Shown here: piece after piece, positions 13,801 to 26,000 of the stretch
Position numbering within the stretch: position 1 is the stretch's first letter
Layout: every line of letters begins with the position of its first letter
Source of the DNA: Amoebophrya sp. A120
Lineage: Eukaryota; Protista; Dinoflagellata
Direction: 5' to 3'
DNA: 64,000 nucleotides
NCBI GenBank assembly: GCA_905178155.1
Contig: CAJINV010000001.1
Span: forward strand, 5,598,757-5,662,756
The notes under the pieces: model-generated
Database searches by the model: none
The model's input: only the letters and a program-made list of their open reading frames with translations
Told to the model about the DNA's origin: nothing
Made by a program: the position numbers and the translations under genes

Positions 13801-16800
13801 AAATGTAGACCCATCAAGACAGGGGGAAACATTGAGACGAGCATCACCGAAGAGACGACAATAGTTAGCGTGCTCGACGATTGACCGCGGCAAACTTCGA
13901 ATTGGAGCTCCGTTGAAAAGCAGTTCTCCCGAAATCACATTGATATCGATTGTTGTTGAAGACCCGAGCTGTACAGCATCCACCGAAGCGCGATACCAGC
14001 AGCTGGACTCCTCGACTTTCTTCTTGATATTGCGGGCAGAGGTTTTAGTGTTGGTCGCCGCATACTTTCCGACGCGCTCCCAGGACACACTCATCAAACC
14101 AGATGCTGCAATTCGATTTTTGAACTCCGGCCAATACATGCCAACAAACCGCGTGATTGCCGCATGTTCGTAGTAGGCTGTGCCGGAGTTAGCCAACTCC
14201 GACTCGGGACTTCCAGTGTTGTATGCCGGAGGTTCTAGAATTTGGCGTAGGCGACCTTCTACCTCGTTCGCCTTCCGCTCAGCGAGAAGAAACGGCATCC
14301 GCATCCATCCGGCCGTATCTGTTGAAGTGAAGTCACGCGGCGACGAATATTCTTTGACGATAGCACGGATGAGCAGCCAAGAGGTGACATCGGGCAACTC
14401 CCCCACCGAAGACTGCACTGAAAATGCCCGCCGTAATGAAGAATCTGCAGACGAGGAAGAGGAGGACGAAGATCCTCCAGCAAAACCGATTTGTTCGTGC
14501 CCGGAGAATGCCATGCTGCGAAGGAGGAGGGGATGGTCAGCGAACGTCAACGAGGCAGCGATGGCAACATTGAGAATGCGGCGCCGACAGTGCTGCGCCT
14601 CTTTCTCTGTTCTGCAGCTTTTTGGACCGTCCTTGCGGAGCTGTTCGATCCAACTGATGCCAACGCTTCGACATTCCCGGAGCAAATCAATTGCATCGCG
14701 GCTGTGGCTGTCGTGCTCAAGAACGTACATCCCGATGAAGGTGACGATGAGAAGTGTTGTACATTTGTCCCAATTCAATCTACAGCGATCTAGGTGCAGG
14801 CGTGCGTGCTTGCACAAATCCCTGCCTACACCGCGTTCTGGCACAGCGAGTAGTCGGGAGGCAGCACGGAACCATAACGACCGACTTTCGCAATCAGTTC
14901 TGGCCGGGTCAAATAGTTGGTGCTCCTGCTCAGGCTCCACCACTGTCGCGCCTCCACTGATGTCCAATCCAGGTAGAAATGCATACTGTGATCCTGGAGT
15001 GTCCGCGCCGGCGGTCAAGCTTGAAAATGACGTTTCGAATCCTGTTGCCCAATCGCGCACCTTGTCAAAATCTTCTGGGACAAGCTCGGGACCGGCTTGC
15101 CACAGCACACTTGTAATGAGGCTGGCGACGTCCTCGCTGTTCAGGTCCACGTGGCCCTGCAAGAGCAAGCTGGCAAGCCGATCCAACTGCAGCTTTGGGC
15201 CCGCACGCAGCATGGCGAGGTCCTTCCACGCTCTCCGTCCAATGCTTCCATGAGCAAGAGATTGCGCCGCCATGACTTGATTCTCAGTGTGAGTTAGGCC
15301 CGCAAAGCTCTGCAAGCTTTGGTAGCGGGGGTCGGTCATTTTCAAAGCGAAGAAGCTTCGGAGATCGAACTCAGTCCACTTTGAACGAGGCATCCACTTT
15401 CGAAAGGTTGCTACGGTCGAGGATCCTTCCGTTCCTTGAGGACACAGCGCATATATGCGACAGTCGTTCTCCAACACGATTTTTTCAGGGTCCTCACTGC
15501 CTCTCAGAGTTTCATGCCCAACCGTCATGTGCCTACCCAGCATGCTTTTATCACCTCCTATTCGCGAGAGCCTTTTCGCATTCGATGTGATTTTGCCTCC
15601 TGCTTCGACGATTGCTTGCTTCAGCGCATCGCGATCATCCCACAAGTGCGCCTTGGGGGCTGCGAACTCGTATGTGATGTTCTGAACCTGATCCCTTGCC
15701 AACGTGAGTCCGAAATCGAGCCAACACTCCTGGTGCGCAATTAGGTCCTCTCCTTTTGTGAGCTCAAACAGAACGTAGATTTGCTCTTCCACATCTTCCG
15801 GCAGGAGCTTCATATACCGCGCGGCGCGCAACGTTCTTCGTTCATCCATGGCCTGGTGTTTCTCGCACCTAGTTTTGTACTTCTGCTTCTTCCCTTTTCT
15901 CTGGTCCCTGACGCAGGCACAGTGGCCAACTCCGTTTTCAGCGGCGTAGGCCTCCATGCGCTCTGTACATTCGTCGTATTTCTTTTTCATTTCTTCGAAG
16001 TCGAGTTTTGCGCTCCGCCGGTTCTTTTTGCAGCTCGCCTTTACTACAAGTCGAATTTTCTGCAGGCTCGAATAAGAGTCAGCAAAGAGAGCGTTCGCCA
16101 GTTTTTTTTCCATCCCTTCCCCACCGTAAACGTCGCCAAATACACTCCGGCTACGAACATAAGCCTAAAAGAAGACATAGATTAGAAAATGATTTGTCGT
16201 GCTCATGATGATCATCTATATCAGTATTGGGTTTCCATTATACCAGTGGATAAGATATTATATATCTTACTTAAGACATAGATCAAAGAATCTTGCCGCG
16301 CAAACAGGACAACAATAGTACCTCAACAGAGTGCAAGTGCTTCTTCTCGGCCTTGGTAGTGAGAAACAAGTCCTGCAAAAAATCCGTCTGGTGCGCACCG
16401 ATTGGAAAGTCTAGCAAGGTCGCATGCTTAGCGCAAACGGTGCGGTCAATCAACAGGCAGCAGGTGAAGCTTACGAGAATGCCGCGGCTGAAACCCACAG
16501 GATCCCGTGGGGCGAAACGGCATTCGTGCTTTCCCTCGCGCCGTTGCTGCTTCTCCGATGGACAGTAGAACTCCAGCATGAGTTTCAGGTAGAAACTTAG
16601 CATTCCGCGCAGGGACGTAGACTTATACAAGTCCAGCTCCGGTTTCGACCCTGCTTGTGCGTTGTCGTCCAAAAATTTCCACAACCAAAATACGTTACCT
16701 TCTACGTCAGTAAGAAGGTCAAAAATTTCACTTGTCTGATACTCGTGCGTCAAAGGGGCGAAATCCCACGCGGTCTCGCATTTTTTACACAGCGTCTCGA

Positions 16801-18941
16801 TGTTCCGAAGAACTGCCACCAGAGCTAGATCTGTGGTTCCGAATTCTCCGGCTGTCGGTGCACGCGAACGCGTGAGTGTCAGCTTGGGTTCAGCGAAAGA
16901 TCCGCACTCCGCCACTGAGCCATTCTCGGGGTCCGAAGCTTTTTTCGGAAGAAAACTCGTCAACCGGCGAATCTCTCCACCTGCGTTATTGATTGGATGC
17001 CTCAAACTGTTTCCCACTTCCTCAGCAGTGATACTCACAGAGCACCTCACTGCCCCTGGTGTCTCCTTGCGCTCCACAGATTCAATCAGCCCCTTCGTCT
17101 TCTGAAAGAGCTCTGTTAGCTGGTGTCGCAGAGGATCGATTTGGTCTCGGAGATCTGTTTTGGCAGCAGATTTTTCTTTCATCATGAACTGACAAGAAAT
17201 TCACTCGTTTTCACGTGCACTTTCACAACGATTTCATTCGCTAGCTACGAGGAAAGAAAAAACTTCCAACCCTCTATCTGAGGATTAGTACGACACCCAT
17301 GCAAATGCTGCGACAGGATTTCGTTGCATGTAAAAATGATGAAGTAGCTACAAACCTGGAAACAGCTTCGAAGGAAACCGCTCTTCGTCCTCGAGCTTTG
17401 CATGCCGAAACTGCAGCTTTCTGCAGGCTTCATCGAGATTCCCAAGTCTGGTAAACTTGAAACGCGAGCTATCCCACAGACTTCTGCTCGCCACTTTGTG
17501 GATAGAGTACACGAGGAACTGAAGCCAAAAAGTCTTGTACAGGTCGTCTCGATTCAGTATAACACCACAGAAAAACTTAAGCAGTGTGCGTGCCACGCAC
17601 CATGTTTCGCTGCGACGCCATGGCTTCCTCTTCATGTCGCCACGGCCATGACGCTGGTATTGATCGCGGACCGTAAATGTTTTCGTGCGGCACTTCGCAA
17701 GATTGGCCTCTCGGATACCCATAACGCGGAAAAAGAACTCTGTTATCATGTCGGGTTTTGCTACTTTGTCCAGTCGCGTCTTGCAGAGTAAAGCCGCCGC
17801 CTTTCTTACGCCAGTCTCCTTTGTTTTTTCCTTCTCCGTGAGCACGCTGTCAAATGCTTTCGCTTCGAAAACTTTTGCCAGCTCCTCCAGGGCAGTACTG
17901 AACTCTAATTGGAGCACCGTCTCGTATTCGACCCACCCCTGCTTCCTCGGCACTGTTTGCTGGAAGTAACGCTCCCCTTGCACGTACTGAGAATTCAAGT
18001 TTCATTTTTGCTTGAAGTGGTACTATCTTTTTCCTGATGTGATGATCTATCATTCTCAGATTTCAAAGAACCACATGTGCGAGCAAGCGACACCTCGGTG
18101 CGCACTTTTTTCTTTGGACCAATGGTGAAAAAAGCTGCACATCAAAACCAAAAATACATTCATCCCTATTAACAATAAACAAAATGAAAGACGACCAACG
18201 TTCCTCATATTTGTATTTTGCTTTATCGTGCTATCGTGAGTGTGCTAAAACCGACAAACAAAAATTTGTCTCACTGATCAAAACATGCCTCGCTCTGGGA
18301 CGTACCTGTAGCGGCGTCTGGACGTCCCAAGCGTAAACGCTGAAGTAATCTATCGGGGTCGTGTCCGTGCTTCTCTTGCGCTGCAGCACCAGCATGGTAT
18401 TTTGTGCCCGGATCCAGATTGGCAGGCATTGGGACACGCGCAGGTTTTTTAGCCGTTCCCTCAAAGATTCCCAGCCGAAGTCACCCGTGCTGCTATTGTG
18501 CAACGTGCGAAACTGAAGCACGAACTCCCGAAGCCGGTCCTCATCCTTCTTCAGGTGAATTCGCAGACTATCAGACCACGAGTTCTCCGCCGCTCCTGCA
18601 GGAAGTGCCCGACGGTAGTCTACGTATTCGAAAAAGTGCGCGAGACAACGGGTGTCGTTCTCGTTTTCTTGTGAGAGCGACGGCACACCAGTTGGAAAAA
18701 ATAGTGAATTGAAAGCAGCACATGCAGGCGGGAGATCCTCCGCATTTCCGTCCTCGTCTTCCTCGTCAGACATCCCATCCATCGCACCGTTTTGTACCGG
18801 GTCAGCAGCAAGATCTCCATCGGCATCCATCTCGTCTTCTGGATCTTGTTTAGCTTTGCGAGCTCTCTTCTTTTTCTTTTGCCCCTGCAGATCCAAGGGC
18901 GGTCGTTTCGACGACATCGAACTTGACGACGACATTGCCAA
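4844..18941 (-). CDS. Giant (~4,250 aa) DUF6606/DUF3638/DUF3645 P-loop protein, copy A. Approximate exons 18941-18306, 17986-~17356, ~17154-16322, 16164-12103, 11685-5800, 5599-4844
   Basis: Motifs LAFEVD, QCSMGQGKTAVVMP (Walker A), ILDECDEML (Walker B), RYRVQYG..AVPYIAKDKPSARSEFAQPD (DUF3645-like), GFAGT, VVLDAGALV, HTRGTDF, LLQTCWRMRGLGAGQ, EQERELEQELEEER. GT-AG introns 17987-18305, 16165-16321, 11686-12102 and 5600-5799 join the ORFs in frame. The acceptor near 17.15-17.19 kb is uncertain. Confidence 0.85.
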
Positions 18942-20082
18942 GTCGCGGGCGTCGCAAATCTGTTAGCTTTATATTGGATACTTTTTACTTATACTTTCTC
19001 TATGAGCTGTGCTAGCACGATGAAATACCAAGGACGAGAAGAAAGATTTCGATGGCTCCTAGATAACTAAGCACGTCTTTTACCAAGTACGGTTGGCAGC
19101 TTGTAAATTGCTAGTGTCGGCTGCTGGACCCAGAAAGTGTAAGACTCAAACACGAAGCACCGACATCGATGTCAGTCTACGTATATGCAATCATTGATTC
19201 TGTTGATGCTTCTGCTTCTCTTCTCCATCTAGCCTGTCACATAAGAAGCAACCTCGTTTATAAAGGTCATAGAAAGAGGCTTGTGGCAAAAGTGCACCAG
19301 GAAAACAGTCACGGAAGCCTTTTTACAGTGAGCTTGTTTTACAGATGACTTCATAAGCCTACGCATTCAAAAAGATGATATGCATCGTCTTGGTGATCTC
19401 AGGCACGAATCGAGAACTTGTGGATGGATCTCTGGCTCTAGATCCCAGTGTCACCTTCACACCCCTACAGCGATCTTCCTCTCGCAATCGAGATCCAAGT
19501 CGAACCATGATCATCGCACCTCACCATCTAAGAATGTGGAATCCGCGGATCAAGGCTACCACACATGTGGCGACCATTTTTTTCAAATCGGAAAGAATAC
19601 CAAAAAAAGTAGAAGAGAGCTCCCGTGCCAGGAATGCTGGCGCAGCTGTTACGTTGCATAGGCGAGCCGCTTGCTTTTTTTTTGCAAGCGCGTTTTCTGA
19701 GGAAAGACCTGAATCTATTGACTTGCACTTGCGGTGCTTCTTGCGACACTCCCTGAAATGTAAGTATTGTTCGAAGCAAAAAAAGCTGTGTTGTATCACA
19801 TGAAATGTCGTGAAAGCGAAAGACTCAATTAGAGTGCCTATCGTGATTAGAAAACATAAACAATAGGTACGGACACTTGAATGGAAAAACTCTAGGTATA
19901 CAGCGGATATCCTTTTTTCCTATTTTTTTTGGAATATTGATCCGTGAATGAGAAAAGATATTCGAGGCGATATAGTCCTACGTGTACATCCCGAATCGAC
20001 GACCGCTACGCAAATGAATGCCGCTAATTATGTGAGAATATTTTTATAATAAAGTCAGCTCATCCCAACTGCTTTCTCTGAG

Positions 20083-23000
20083 TCACTTTCCAAGCACGTC
20101 TCCCATCGTCGAGCTCGCCAGCTCGGTGCCCAAATTTCTGAAGTCCTCGAACAATCCCACAAGCGCTGGCACCGGAGAAACCTGGTACCGGGAAATCTCG
20201 CACCCGGCTCGTTTTCGGCCTTCACCCTCGACTTTCGTGAAGCCGTCTGCCTCCACCAGGTGCTTTTCGGCGAGGTCCTCAAACAGCGTTTTCTTCACTT
20301 TACGTGGACACAAGGCGAAGTACCGCATGATGCACTGCTGCAAGCCGGTATTTGGAAACAGACTGCACCCGAGGACATGCAGATGCGGGCAGTCGCGAAG
20401 CTCCAACTCCTGGAAAGTATAGTCTTTCGGCTTTCGAAGGAGCTGATTGCTCAGCTCGTGGTCCAACAGCAATTTGCCGACGGCCTTGCGACTCACCACT
20501 GCGTCGGCAGTTTGGTTTCGCGTGGTCTGCGGTGTGAAAACCCGGAGAAAAGGCGATATTTTCCCGTCGGTGCTTGTGAAAACTTGCTCTGCTTCCTGGT
20601 TAGACACGATCAACAAAGCTTCTGCATCCTCAGCCGTTTTGAAGCGAACGACGAAGTCCACCGACTTCAAGACTCCATAAGATTTCGCACCCGTGCTCTT
20701 CAAAGTGTTAGCGAAGCCTTCGGTGACGAAGGTACTCGTCGTGTGGAGCTGCAGGGGTTTTGCGAGCTCCAGGTTGTCCACAAAGGTTTGCAGGGGTAGT
20801 AAGAAGTCGGTCTGGTCCTGTTGTGAAGATGTGAATGAATGAGGCTGAGTGGGTGACTGATTTATATATACCGTAGCTAACCTGTCTGTTGCAGCAACAG
20901 CGAGTACAGTCCGATTACCATTCAAATAAAATAAAAACTGATCCGAAATTTCAAGTGTAAAAATCAATGAAACAAAAAACCAAGAGCGCAAGTACCTGCG
21001 GAATGGGCTCACCGAGGTTTACTTTTTGCGCGAACGCACGCAACTCCTCCGGAATGGCAGCTGACGCGGGCACGAGTTCCGTGATCCGGGCGCAGTCGCG
21101 CTCTTCCTCGAGCTCCTGTTCCAATTCACGTTCTTGGGTGCAATCTAGCGTGGACGCAAAGCGTGTGAGGTCGGGGGCCAGTTGCTCTACCCGTCTGATC
21201 ATGGCGTTTGCGAACTCGTCGCTGTTCCACTGCCGCAAGGCGTCCTTCGTCGTGTCGAGCAGGGCGCGGCATTCCCGCTTGTACCCGTACTGGGCTAGCA
21301 GCTCTACCGGCTCTTGCTCAACACAGGCCTCGCCGTACTTTGCCAGTGCAGCTTCATCTGGAGGAATCGCTACTACAGCGGAGTCTTCGATTTGCGCTTT
21401 AGACTCTTGCTCGTCAAGAAGACTTCCTCCGGGAGGACTTTGTAGGTACTGTAGACGCGCCTGATTCTTCTTCACGCTGCGCCGACATTGATTGACAGCG
21501 AGGGGAGTGCTATCGATAAGAAAAAAGCGGAGGGAGCCGACATCAGCGTTCTTCGAGCCATTTTTGCACGTACTTGTGCGGGTGCGTATGCGCTTTTTTC
21601 AGAATGCAAAGTCAACTGCTTTGCTTTTCGCTCACCTAATAACAACCTCATGATTGCTACGAGGGGCCAATAGAGAAGCAACATATGCAAAACAAATTTC
21701 GAGCGCTTGCCCTTGTCTCCCTCCGAATTGTGTCCAGTAGAGCTGGGCGGCGATGTCTTCCACCGTGTTCCGAAGAGCCCATAGAATGACGACGGTTACC
21801 TGTGCAACATCCTTTTCTTCCTGCGTTAGTTCCCGCACGTTCCGCGAAGCGGTGGCGGTTTGTAGCTCCTCCAGTTCTCTCTCCATTTCCTTCTTTTGTT
21901 GCCGCTGCTCGGCGCTCAAAGGCGCAATCAATTCAACTTGTTCGAATATGGAGATCTTCTGTCTCGACTGTTTCTCTTTGTCCACTATTTGCTCCGCGCT
22001 GAGCCCCGCAATGGCCCGTCCCTCTGTCCCTGCCTTGCCCGTTGCGCTGCCAAAGATTTCCAGCTCGAGGGCGTCGAGCTGCTGACCCACTTCGTATGCG
22101 GCCACGTTGAGGACCGACTGGCCGCGCCCAAGGCCCCGCAAGCGCCCACTGGATTGCAGGAGTTTGTCTTTCAGCATGCCTCGTCCCAGGGTGAGCACGG
22201 CTCGGGCATCGACGGGCAAAGGCAGGTCGGTTCCTCTAGTCATCACGTCGTCGAAGTAGACGAGGCAGGCGCGCAGGTCCGTCGCAAAAGATGAGAGGCG
22301 CAGCGGTAGCACTTCCTCCGTGGCACGTATCCAAACCATGGCTTCATTGTCCGCTCCGAAGAAGACGGCAGCGCGCGCTGCCTTTTGCCGGGCCGCCCAG
22401 GCTTTCACGAAGTCCAAATTTGAAAGCTCCAGTACCAACGCGCCCGGGTCTAGCACCACGGTTATGTCGGACCGTTCCCCCAAGATGTCCAGAATTTCGT
22501 GCGCGCCACCTCCCTGCCGCACCGTTATCCGCTCGTCGTTCTCTGGCCTGCGAAAACTCATCACCTGCAAACCCTTCGTGTCGCAGAGACTGGCAATGTT
22601 GCGCTGCTCAATGCAGCACGGCGTGATGGCGTCGTCTGTTCCGGAAAATCCCTGTGTAATGCCAGCAACTCCCATCGCGGTGGTCTTGCACAGGTCTGGC
22701 GCGCTCGCGGTCAGCTTGGTCTTGTACTGCACGGCCTGTGTGGGAAACACAAGGAATTTCAGGAAAAAGTCGATCGCGTCCATGCTCCGGCGAAATGCTG
22801 GGTAAAGACATGTGTGAAAGTCCGTGGCGTCTTCGAGGTTGACCGCCTTCAGCTGCGGATACTTCAAGAAGTTCCGCGTGTCTGCGTCGCGGAGACGCTC
22901 CACCCACTTTGAGTACGTTTGAGCCCCCTCAGATTCACCAAGTCCCTGCAGCTTCTCAAACACCTGCCGCAACTCGCCTACCGCGAGGCCCTCCTGGTAA

Positions 23001-26000
23001 TAGTGCGCAACGGTCAGGAGGAGGAGCGCGTCAGGGTGGGCAAACTCTGTCCGGTCGGCCGCGGTGTCTTTCGCGACGTACGGGACGGCCATCAGGTAGC
23101 CCGGGCGGTGCGGGTTCGCGCCGTACTGAACACGATGCCGCTTCGTGAGTGCGATAAGCAGCACGCCATGCGTCAAGAGTCCGTGAAAAATGCAGGCGCG
23201 ATTCCTCAGACTTTGCGTCGGTAAAGTTGCGAGGTGCGGCACAGGATCTTCCGAAATGACTGCGCTCAGAAAGGCACTCCGCTCCGCCGGTGTGAAGTGA
23301 GCAGCGGACGTCTCTGCCACGATCTCCTCCGCTACCTTATTGGCGATCATCTGCTTGAGACTTTCGTACGCGCGCGACTGGTTCGGGTGATCTAAAAGTC
23401 TCACTGCCCGATACGAAAAGCCCGAAACGGCTGTCTTCTCGTCCGCGAGTTCGACGACTTGGCTGGTCCATTCGTTCTGCAACTGCTGGCCCGCATCGCT
23501 GAGAAGGCGTAGACACGTCATTGCCGCTTCGTACCTGTCTACGCCACCTGCTAGGGCAGTGTAAGAACCGATCGGATAGACTAACTGCGTTCGTGTTCCC
23601 AAAACTTGATCACTTTCGTCGATAAGGGTATGCAGGAAAATCACCAAGCTTCTTACTTTCACTGAAATTCCGTATGCAAATATATTTTTCTAGAAAACCG
23701 ACTTTGCCACACCGGTGCTAGGACCAGGAGCTGCTTACTGCTGGCGCCAGGAACAACTTAGATAACGCTGCACAAGTTTTAATGCGATTTCTCAGCTGTT
23801 GAGTAAATGAGAAGCCCAAGGTTGAATTTCATAGAAATCCCGCTGTACATTGTCGTCTAGAAATTGCGCGAGCTGCAGTAGTCTGATGTCGTCCTTGTTC
23901 TCCGCAGCATCGGCGCTGACTACTGGACTTTCTGGCTCCGCCTCTCCGTCGCCAGTCATATGAAGCGCAGCTGCAAGCTCGCTGCGCTTGTTCTCCAGGG
24001 CAAGTCGGTCGCTCGGACACATCACCAGGACAGTGTTGCCGCTGTCGCACGAACTCTGCAACATCTGTAACACGCCAGCAACCCCATCCGCCGAAAAGTG
24101 CCGGCTCCGGTCGAAGTGCAGGGGCTGCAGTCGAAAGTCTAAAACACCGCCGAGCTTGCTTTGCCACTGTCGCAGATTCGTCCCCAGCAAGTGTTGCAAG
24201 ACGGTGACTCGGTTGAGCTGCCCTTTTCTCGTTGCGGCGGCAAGCAAAACAGGCATCACCACCGACGTCTTCCCTTCTCCCATACTGAACTCGATCAGCC
24301 TGTCGGTCTTACCGTCGAGCAGTTCCTGCGCAACGTCAATCTGCGTCGGGCGCATTCGGATGTCCACATCCAGTTCGAATGCCAGTGGTACACGCGAAAG
24401 CTTGTGGTCCTTCCATCCATCTGAACACACTTCGGCTAGCAGGATTATCAACACGAAAACCCCAGCCGCTACTGCTCTCGCATGGTGCTTGCGATTGATT
24501 TGTGTTTTTCTTCTCTGCCTGCCCTTTCACTTCCACACAGGAATTTCTGAAGTAAGACACGGCATGCCTGTAGCGCGTGCGCACTTAAATTTGCAAATCA
24601 TGTTCATAAGTCGCTTCCTCTGCGACGCCTTTCTAGCACAAAACCTACGACCTAGCCAGGTGCAGTTTCTTGCAACTTTGAGTTCCTTTGCATGCATCTG
24701 ATAGAAAGGCGCAGTGGCATCGCTACACATCACAGAGCCCACGCAGATGCAAGTGAGACAGCCCCTGGGCTCATCTGGGTAGGCTTCGCGCCCCACTCTT
24801 CTCGCTCCACGAGACGGCAAATCGCTCTGGCGCGCTGAAACTTTCGCATGTTCAGAAGATACTGTGTGACCTTGCCGTCGGCGTTCGATCGCGACGAAGC
24901 TCCGCTCTCCGTGGGTAGCGCGCCCTCGCGTTCCTGATCTTGCCCCCGAAGCCATCTGCTCAGCTCTCCCATACGAGTAGGAACGCTTATCAGCCCGGAA
25001 ATGTACTCGGCTTGCGGAGTGTCTTCTTGGCTCCCGGCTTCGTAGAGCGCCCCGCGCGGGAGATTTTGTGGGCTCTTCGACGTCTGCTCTGCCGGTCCGG
25101 CCCCCCCGCCACCGGCTAGGGTCCCCTCGGTGGCAACGCTCACCCCGTGCGCTCGGATTACTGCACTCCAAGATGCGTCCATTTCCTTTTTCTCGAAATT
25201 CCGGAGCTTCGTCGCCGCTGCTCGGAATTTCTCCCGTTGCCGCCCCAGTTTGCCTTCAGCGATTTGCTTTCCGCCAGTCGCACTGCCGAGAAGACTCGTT
25301 TTCGCCCGCTTTGAGCTTATTTTTGCCATTTCGAGACTTTTCTCCAAGTCGTGACCGAGCGACTCTGCGATCTTTTTGAATCTTTGTTGCACCGGAAGCC
25401 GTGGCAATTCGAGAGCGGCTGCAGGACTTAACTTGAGACGCTTCGCAGAAGGCTCCAGAGCTGAACCACAGGTCATATCTTCCTCACACAGCAATATCAT
25501 CAACTCCAGACAGCCCTCGTCGGAAATAGTGTCGCGGTATTTCCGTCGCATTGCCAGTGAACTCTGCAGCAGCGGAAAAACCGATGGCGACGCATCAGTG
25601 GCAGTTCCCGCTGCCCCTGCGCTTGCATCAGCTGCCGCTCCTAGGCTGGACTGCTTGTCGAAAAAATCGTCGTAGTCGAAGTAGCCATGCTCCTTGAACC
25701 GCTCCGCCGATGCAAGAGCCGGTCCCTTTGTGCATGTGCTTGGCTTCTCGGCTGCGGCTCGCGCAGCCTCTTTTCCCTTGGTGCCTGGGTCTAGTTGCGA
25801 ACTGTCGGCGGACGAACTTGCCCCACCGCTCTGCACTGCTTTCTCGATTATGATGTCCTTCCAACTGGCGATCGCGCTCTGCAGCTTTCCGAGAAACTCC
25901 CTCAGACATCTCGCGTGCCTCAGTCTTTCAAACTCATCCTTTATCCGCTCCAGCACGTCTTCGGCGGACGGTTTCAGATACTTCTGGATGGCTTCGACCG

